Position numbers and translations under genes: made by a program. From a virus (Duplodnaviria; Caudoviricetes): 64,000 nt of DNA. A model generated the notes under the pieces. That model was not told the DNA's origin. It was given only the letters and a program-made list of their open reading frames with translations, and did no database searches. Positions 57,928 to 64,000 of the stretch are shown here, one piece after another (within the stretch, counting starts at the first letter, position 1; the number at the start of each line of letters is the position of its first letter). The stretch lies in IMG/VR virus record IMGVR_UViG_3300025137_005045. One strand, 5' to 3'.

Positions 57928-59118
57928 ATGGCCGGAATCTTTGGGGACGTTTTAAAAGGCTTCCTCGGTAGCGATTATCTTAAAGACTATAGGCATGCCA
58001 GCAAAACCTTTAGGTCAGCTGGCTTTGAGTTAGCTCCACGATTTAAATTTTTATTCCATGTACATTTCAATTTAAATGTAACGGAGCTACCAGGTCTAAG
58101 AAATGCGTTTGGTACTCAAGATCAAAGCAATCTTAGTGTCCTAGTTAAAAATATAACACTACCAAACTACTCTTTAGACGTAGACGAATTCAATCAGTAT
58201 AATAGAAAACGTTTAGTCCATTCAAAAATCAATTACGAGCCAGTAACTGTAGAGTTCCACGACGACGGAGCAGATCTTGTTCGTAATCTATGGTTTAAAT
58301 ATTTTAGTTATTATTATAAAGACCCAAGCCAACCGTACAGTGCTCCTGGAGTAAACAACCAAGTTTCTACAGGTGGCATTAATAATGCACCAGTAGGACA
58401 AAGTAATTATAATACCAGAGACATCTATACTCAAAATAGAGCAGGTAGTGATTGGGGATATTCAGCAGAAGATAGTACTGGCAGTGGTAACAAACCAAGT
58501 TTCTTTAAGGATATTACAGTCTATGGTTTTAATCAACATGATTTTGTTTCATATACATTAATCAATCCTCAAATTACAGAAATGCGTCATGATCAATATG
58601 ATTATAGTCAAGGCGGTGAACCAATGGCTAATACTATGACTATTAAGTATGAAACAGTCAAGTATGGTGCAGGAGCTCTTAACGGAAAAACAGGTGCACC
58701 AATACCTGGATTTGCAAATCCAGAGAACTATGATAAAGAACCAAGTGCATTAAGTCAACCAGGATCAAACTCATCAATATTAGGCCAAGGCGGAATACTA
58801 GATGGGGGTGTTGGTATATTTGAAGATTTATCAACAGGAGATATTTTAGGTGCCGCCAAAAAAGCAGGCAGAATATATAACATCTTTGATAAAGGTGATG
58901 TAAGCATGGAAGGTGCTAAAGAAGAAGTATTAGGAGTAGTACTGCGTGAGGGTTTACCAACGGTAGCATCAGGTGATTTTAGTTTTGCGACACCTCCAAC
59001 TTCTAAAAGAACTACAGGCAGTCTAACATCAACAGCTACACCAGACACTTCAGTAACGACATCTAGTCTCATTTCTAGTAACGGCAAAGCTATCGGCTCC
59101 ACAACTATAGTTCGATGA
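57928..59118 (+). CDS. Tail tube-like protein (second gp19-fold protein)
   Basis: VKNITLPNY...NQYNRKRLVHSKINYEPVTVEFHDD...LINPQITEMRHDQYDYS...TIKYE. Confidence 0.7.
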   Translation: MAGIFGDVLKGFLGSDYLKDYRHASKTFRSAGFELAPRFKFLFHVHFNLNVTELPGLRNAFGTQDQSNLSVLVKNITLPNYSLDVDEFNQYNRKRLVHSKINYEPVTVEFHDDGADLVRNLWFKYFSYYYKDPSQPYSAPGVNNQVSTGGINNAPVGQSNYNTRDIYTQNRAGSDWGYSAEDSTGSGNKPSFFKDITVYGFNQHDFVSYTLINPQITEMRHDQYDYSQGGEPMANTMTIKYETVKYGAGALNGKTGAPIPGFANPENYDKEPSALSQPGSNSSILGQGGILDGGVGIFEDLSTGDILGAAKKAGRIYNIFDKGDVSMEGAKEEVLGVVLREGLPTVASGDFSFATPPTSKRTTGSLTSTATPDTSVTTSSLISSNGKAIGSTTIVR

Positions 59119-59154
59119 TTTCCCACCTAGGCCGTAATAAGGTTAAATACTAGT

Positions 59155-59517
59155 ATGGCAACAGTAAACATTACAAAAGACAATTTAGACTCTACGGTCA
59201 AAATATTTGACACATTCTATAATACAGAAATAGTTATAAATTCTAATGACTTTGATAAAGTCCGTTCATTCTTTATTCTGAACAGTGATGATGTTGCAAT
59301 TGCAGATGACTTTACAGCATCATTCTTTAAGATACAACAAAATTATAACACAACTGTAGATGAGCTATTAGAAAAATTTAAAGGCTTAGCAGACCCTATT
59401 GCAATGGATGAAACTATTGCTTATTATCTAAATGGTCTAAGATCAAAATCAACATTACTTGGTGTTAGCGTATTACAGCAACCTAACTTATATGCGGCAC
59501 GTAATGTTAGCAAATAA
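59155..59517 (+). CDS. Hypothetical late protein
   Basis: 120 aa; TTAAATA at 59143-59149. Confidence 0.7.
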   Translation: MATVNITKDNLDSTVKIFDTFYNTEIVINSNDFDKVRSFFILNSDDVAIADDFTASFFKIQQNYNTTVDELLEKFKGLADPIAMDETIAYYLNGLRSKSTLLGVSVLQQPNLYAARNVSK

Positions 59518-59954
59518 TGGCTAGCAAATTTGCAAATGGCCTTTACTCAATAATGAATCCTGACAAATACGTAGGTAAAAAAGCACCTAGGTATAGATCA
59601 AGTTGGGAACACGCATTTATGCAATTTTGTGATAAGCATACTAGTGTAGTTAAATGGGCTAGTGAGAGTGTACGTATTCCTTATAAACATCCACTAACTG
59701 GAAAACAAACAAATTACGTTCCTGACTTTTTAGTACAGTACCAAGACAAACGGGGTAAATTAGTAACAGAGCTGGTAGAAATTAAACCCAAGAAACAAAG
59801 TATAATTGAAAGCAAGAATGCTAATAGAGCTACTAGAGAAACTGTAGCCATCAATCATGCTAAATGGGACCAAGCCATGCGTTGGTGTAAAGCAAACGGT
59901 ATTACGTTTAGAGTAGTTACCGAAGACGACATATTTAGAAGCGGAAGTAGATAA
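59517..59954 (+). CDS. gp4: Head completion nuclease (T4 gp4 / TnsA-N-like)
   Basis: NPDKYVG...YRSSWEHAFM...WASE...IPY...YVPDF...VEIKP...KW..A...CK..G..FRVVTE. Confidence 0.88.
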   Translation: MASKFANGLYSIMNPDKYVGKKAPRYRSSWEHAFMQFCDKHTSVVKWASESVRIPYKHPLTGKQTNYVPDFLVQYQDKRGKLVTELVEIKPKKQSIIESKNANRATRETVAINHAKWDQAMRWCKANGITFRVVTEDDIFRSGSR

Positions 59955-60451
59955 TGACAAAAAAATTAGAAGAATTATTTGATTTAAGTCCATCAGAGTC
60001 AAAAACAGAAATCACTGATGTTAATGAACCGTTACCACAGAAATCTGGAGAGTTACCTGCAGAAACATTGGTAAAAATTGATAAAATAGAAACAGCTCTT
60101 CCGGCAGTAAAAGGTTTAGAAGCAAGTGATCAAGAAATGGACGAGCTAGGACAGTTAGCTAAAGACTCTTATAAAGACTTAATGGATCTAGGTATGAATG
60201 TGGATAGTCGTTTTGCTAGCGAAATATTTGGCGTAGCAAGTAATATGTTAAATCATGCTATATCAGCTAAAACTGCAAAAATAAACAAAAAATTAAAGAT
60301 GATTGATCTACAATTAAAGAAAGCCGCACAAGATCAAAAGAAATTAGTAGACAACGCAGGTAACGAACCAATGGAAACCGGACAAGGTTATGTATTAGAT
60401 CGAAATGAAATGCTTAAAGAGTTATTAAAAAATAAAGACACAAAAGAATAA
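59954..60451 (+). CDS. Probable terminase small subunit (gp16-like)
   Basis: Helical protein with FEVAS-like EIFGVASNML and a C-terminal DRNEMLKEL; follows gp4. Confidence 0.55.
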   Translation: MTKKLEELFDLSPSESKTEITDVNEPLPQKSGELPAETLVKIDKIETALPAVKGLEASDQEMDELGQLAKDSYKDLMDLGMNVDSRFASEIFGVASNMLNHAISAKTAKINKKLKMIDLQLKKAAQDQKKLVDNAGNEPMETGQGYVLDRNEMLKELLKNKDTKE

Positions 60452-60488
60452 AGTAGCATAAATATACGCATAGTTAGGGGAAATAATA

Positions 60489-61076
60489 ATGAAAACATTT
60501 ACAGAATATTTAACAGAGTCAAAGCAAACTTACTCATATCGAGTTAAAGTAGCTGGTGGCTGTGATAAGGATTGTCTTAAAGAACTAGAAGACAAATTAA
60601 CAAAATATGATTTGATTAAAATGTCAGATCCAAAAACAACTCCTGTTACGGAAGATCCATTAGATTTTCCAGGCGTTAAAAACATGGAAGTTTGTATTTT
60701 CGAAATTGAATTAGATTATCCAGCAAGTGCAGATGAGTTATATGAAATTCTTGAATCTTGTACATCAAAAGCTAAATCAAACATTAAAGTAACATCAAAA
60801 CATTTTGCAGATTCATGGGAAGAAAATGAAGGTGCAGAGGCTGAAGAAGCTCCGATACTTGAAAAAGAGTATGACGAACAAAATAAAGCAGAAAAGGATG
60901 CTAGTGAACTATATGCAGATCCTAGTAAAGCAGTACCTGAAGAAACAAGAAAACATGAAATAGCAGGAGGAACTACCCCTAAGGCTCCTACTACTAATGA
61001 TCTACCAATGGGCGACAAAAGTGCTATGGGTAGTCAGAAAAATAAATTACCAAACGTTAAATCGTTTGCAAGATAA
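60489..61076 (+). CDS. Putative internal head protein with capsid-targeting leader
   Basis: N-terminus MKTFTEYLTE resembles the T4 CTS MKTYQEFIAE; late promoter at 60458-60464. Confidence 0.7.
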   Translation: MKTFTEYLTESKQTYSYRVKVAGGCDKDCLKELEDKLTKYDLIKMSDPKTTPVTEDPLDFPGVKNMEVCIFEIELDYPASADELYEILESCTSKAKSNIKVTSKHFADSWEENEGAEAEEAPILEKEYDEQNKAEKDASELYADPSKAVPEETRKHEIAGGTTPKAPTTNDLPMGDKSAMGSQKNKLPNVKSFAR

Positions 61077-61088
61077 GAGGATACTACT

Positions 61089-62348
61089 ATGGACATGTAT
61101 AATGTACTAGACACACTTAAGAAAATTGAAAATCCAACGGAAGATCAAAAAGCGGCAATTAAATCAGCTGAAGTAACAACTCCAGAAGCACCGGCTCCAC
61201 AAGGAGTTACTGAAGTTAGTACCACAGGTGACAATATCTATGCACAATATGGTAAAGATGCACATGATGATTTACTTAGACTTGCAGAAGTTCCTGTGAT
61301 AAATGTACAAAGTGATACGCCAGAAACACCTGCAAATGAATCTGTTGAAATCGAAGAAGGACAAAGTCCAGCACAGAAAGCGGCATTCCAAAAAATGTTA
61401 GATGCTAAAAAAGGTAAAGAAGAAGTAGAAGAAGAAGATGCTACACCAGATCAATATGAAAAAAACGAAGAAGTTAAAGAAGCTAAACCAGATTTCTTAG
61501 ATCTAGATAAAGATGGTGACAAAGAAGAGCCAATGAAAAAAGCGGCTAAAGACAAAGAAAAAATGAAGGAAGACGAAACCATCGAAGAAGAAACTATCGA
61601 AGAAGCATATGATCCAGAACATGTTAAAAGTGTAGTTGACAAGCATGAAAAAGAAGGTCATAAAGTTGAAATGGATCGTCCAGAAGATGGTGCACAAGGT
61701 TTTACAGTTACATTTAAAGATGGTTCACGTAGACATTACAAATATTCTAAAGCAAGCACAAAAGTTGATAGTTTAGAGCCAACAGACCCATTGGTAGATC
61801 CAAATGCTCCTAAACGTGAGCGTGGCCGTCCTAAGAAAGAAGGACTAGGTGAAGAACAAGCAGAACAAGCAGAACCAGCAGTGCTTGACACAGCTTTTGT
61901 AACAATGGAATCTGAAGAAACAGATCCGTTGACAGCAATGTTTGAAGAAAAATTAAACGAATCAGCAGAAACAGAAGAAGTTGCTGAAAGTTTACAAGTT
62001 GTACAAAATATTGATGATGATAATCAAGAAACAGTAAGTGTAAATGCACAAGGTGAACATACTGATATGCTTAAACAGTTATTAAACTTGTCAGGACAAC
62101 GTTCAGACGGTTATAAAGAGTATGAAGGTGAGGAAGAAGCTGTTGAGGAAGAAAGAGACATACAACATGCTAACACACCACATGAACAAGTAACTGACGT
62201 TGATACACAACTGAACAAAATGGCAGGGGGTTTAAATGGCCCTAAGGATAAGTCAGCGGCCAAATCAAACAGTAATGCGTTGTACAACGAATCAATCACT
62301 GATGAAAAAATGATGGAATTATATAAGGCCTATAAAGGTAGTGAATAA
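61089..62348 (+). CDS. Acidic low-complexity head protein with AT-hook and DxDxDG motifs
   Basis: Glu-rich; KRERGRPKK; DLDKDGDKEE. Confidence 0.7.
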   Translation: MDMYNVLDTLKKIENPTEDQKAAIKSAEVTTPEAPAPQGVTEVSTTGDNIYAQYGKDAHDDLLRLAEVPVINVQSDTPETPANESVEIEEGQSPAQKAAFQKMLDAKKGKEEVEEEDATPDQYEKNEEVKEAKPDFLDLDKDGDKEEPMKKAAKDKEKMKEDETIEEETIEEAYDPEHVKSVVDKHEKEGHKVEMDRPEDGAQGFTVTFKDGSRRHYKYSKASTKVDSLEPTDPLVDPNAPKRERGRPKKEGLGEEQAEQAEPAVLDTAFVTMESEETDPLTAMFEEKLNESAETEEVAESLQVVQNIDDDNQETVSVNAQGEHTDMLKQLLNLSGQRSDGYKEYEGEEEAVEEERDIQHANTPHEQVTDVDTQLNKMAGGLNGPKDKSAAKSNSNALYNESITDEKMMELYKAYKGSE

Positions 62349-62854
62349 TGAAATCATTAGACGAATATCTTAAGGAAGCCGCCAGACGGCAAATAAATCC
62401 AGTAACCGGTGACCAAATTGATTTTATTATCAATCAAGACACTATCATTGAGACCGTAGTTCTCGAACACGATGAAGAAAGTGTTGTTCTAGATCTAGAT
62501 GAAGAATGTCAAACAATGTTAGAAGATTGTGGATGTGAATTTACAGGTGTGAAATTCTTTGATGTATTTGCTGAAGCAGAATACAAAGGTAAAAAAGTTA
62601 AATTAAACGATCCTATTAGAACATCAGAAAATCCTAAAAAGAAATTTAAAGTATACGTAAAAGATCCTAAAACAGGTAATGTAAAGATTATACGATTTGG
62701 CGATCCTAACTTATCAATCAAAAGAGACGACCCTAAAAGACGTAAAAGTTTTCGTGCTAGGCACGGATGTGATAAAGCTAAAGGTAAAGACAAATCTACA
62801 GCTAGATACTGGTCGTGCTATCAATGGCGTAAAGGTGCAAAGGTAAACAACTAA
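62348..62854 (+). CDS. Putative internal head protein with basic C-terminal domain
   Basis: MKSLDEYLKE leader; KFKVYVKDP...RFGD...RRKSFRARHGC...YWSC. Confidence 0.7.
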   Translation: MKSLDEYLKEAARRQINPVTGDQIDFIINQDTIIETVVLEHDEESVVLDLDEECQTMLEDCGCEFTGVKFFDVFAEAEYKGKKVKLNDPIRTSENPKKKFKVYVKDPKTGNVKIIRFGDPNLSIKRDDPKRRKSFRARHGCDKAKGKDKSTARYWSCYQWRKGAKVNN

Positions 62855-63219
62855 TGCGTGCTAAAGAGTTCTTAAAAGAATTTAAAAGGTGGAAAACAAA
62901 ACACGGAACAATCGACGACCGTCAAGCACAAGCAACACCGGGAGCTTACACCAACGATGCAGATAGATATTACGGATTATATCGTGCCAGTATGTTTATG
63001 GCAAGAGCACCAGGCAACAACGATGATATAGATATAGACTCTGTTGCGGCAACTGCATACATTGGTGCATACACTGATGTGGACAAACAAAAAATAGATG
63101 CGGCTCACAAAGCATTAGGTATAAAAACAAAAACACAAGCTAGAGGACCTAGCGAAGAAATGCCAGACACAAACACAAAATCACCAATAACTGCCGCCAA
63201 ATGGCAAAGGAAAAAATAA
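62854..63219 (+). CDS. Putative internal head protein
   Basis: MRAKEFLKE leader; coupled to the upstream gene by TAATG. Confidence 0.65.
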   Translation: MRAKEFLKEFKRWKTKHGTIDDRQAQATPGAYTNDADRYYGLYRASMFMARAPGNNDDIDIDSVAATAYIGAYTDVDKQKIDAAHKALGIKTKTQARGPSEEMPDTNTKSPITAAKWQRKK

Positions 63220-63332
63220 AATGACTTGTAAAAACTGTAGTTGTAAATGTTCGGATTGTAAATGTTCAGATTGTTACTGCGATAAATGTGGCACCAACGC
63301 ACCAGTAACCATAACAGAATCAAGAGATTAGC

Positions 63333-63788
63333 ATGTATGAATATGCAGTAACGATTAGAAGAGTAGTTGACGGTGATACCGTTGATGTAGATATTGATTT
63401 AGGATTTGGTGTAGTATTAATTAAAGAACGTGTTCGTATTATGGGCATTGATACTCCTGAAAGTCGTACAAGAGATAAAGTAGAAAAAGTATTTGGATTA
63501 GCCGCAAAGGATAAACTTAAATCACTACTAGGTAAAACATCAGTTTTGAAATGTCAAAAGTACGATGCTAAAGGTAAGTTTGGTCGTATATTAGGTGACT
63601 TTATAACCAATGATAATAGAATGGTAACAGATGTAATGATTGAATCAGGACATTGCGTAGCATACTTTGGCGGATCAAAACAAGAAGTTGAAGCAAAACA
63701 TTTGGTTAATAGAGAAAAACTTCTACGTGAAGGTGCTATAAATATGACAGCATACGATAAAGCTGTTAAACTAATGGAAGGCAAATAA
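63333..63788 (+). CDS. Thermonuclease (SNase-like) family protein
   Basis: RVVDGDTVDVDIDLGF...RVRIMGIDTPESR...GKFGRILG. Confidence 0.88.
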   Translation: MYEYAVTIRRVVDGDTVDVDIDLGFGVVLIKERVRIMGIDTPESRTRDKVEKVFGLAAKDKLKSLLGKTSVLKCQKYDAKGKFGRILGDFITNDNRMVTDVMIESGHCVAYFGGSKQEVEAKHLVNREKLLREGAINMTAYDKAVKLMEGK

Positions 63789-64000
63789 TGAAAATCCTAG
63801 AAATTCAGGAAGGCAAATACAGAGAGAATGATGTTGAGGAATTTGTGCCTAACGATGAGCAACTTGACAAAGTTAAAAACAAATATCTCCCAGACTGGGA
63901 AATGTTAGATCATAGAGAACTTACTACAATGTATGTCTGCCAGGATCATAGACAAGCAGAGGAAATGATAGGCTTTATCAATGACCTATCTGAAAAGATG
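63788..64000 (+). CDS. Pterin-4a-carbinolamine dehydratase-like protein with CTS-like leader, partial
   Basis: MKILEIQE...LPDWEMLDHRELTTMYVCQDHRQAEEMIGFINDLSEKM resembles the PCD/DCoH N-terminal half; truncated by the window end. Confidence 0.45.
   Translation, partial: MKILEIQEGKYRENDVEEFVPNDEQLDKVKNKYLPDWEMLDHRELTTMYVCQDHRQAEEMIGFINDLSEKM

Noticed and set aside
1-64000. Stop-codon reassignment as seen in some large phages
   Set aside because: Core genes are full length under code 11, and TAG, TGA and TAA all terminate conserved genes at expected positions.

Overview
AT-rich 64-kb segment of a large, divergent T4-like (myovirus) phage genome, almost entirely the virion morphogenesis region. 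In order it contains: a minus-strand baseplate operon (gp7/gp6/gp25/gp5/hub/gp53/gp48-54-like); a sigma70-promoted early/middle island (gp55-like late sigma factor, gp47/gp46 Mre11-Rad50, two tandem radical SAM enzymes, a short GIY-YIG gene and a ~440-nt highly structured non-coding region); gp26/gp51-like tail assembly genes linked by a -1 slippery site; tape measure, portal, prohead core, protease, scaffold and major capsid genes; a ~14-kb cluster of Ser/Thr/Gly-rich fibre/decoration proteins bracketed by two sialyltransferase-fold (GT42/Maf-like) genes; neck and tail terminator genes, exonuclease, dNMP kinase, HNH, sheath and tube genes, head completion nuclease and probable small terminase; and a block of predicted internal head proteins with T4-like capsid-targeting N-termini. 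More than 20 (A/T)TAAATA late-promoter motifs sit just upstream of structural genes. The standard genetic code is used. I saw no tRNA, CRISPR array, integrase or reverse transcriptase. The most promising undescribed items are the GIY-YIG gene plus large structured RNA module, the gp26-gp51 programmed frameshift, several switch-like 5' leaders and a possible virion-glycosylation system. All family assignments come from motif recognition by eye, not database searches.
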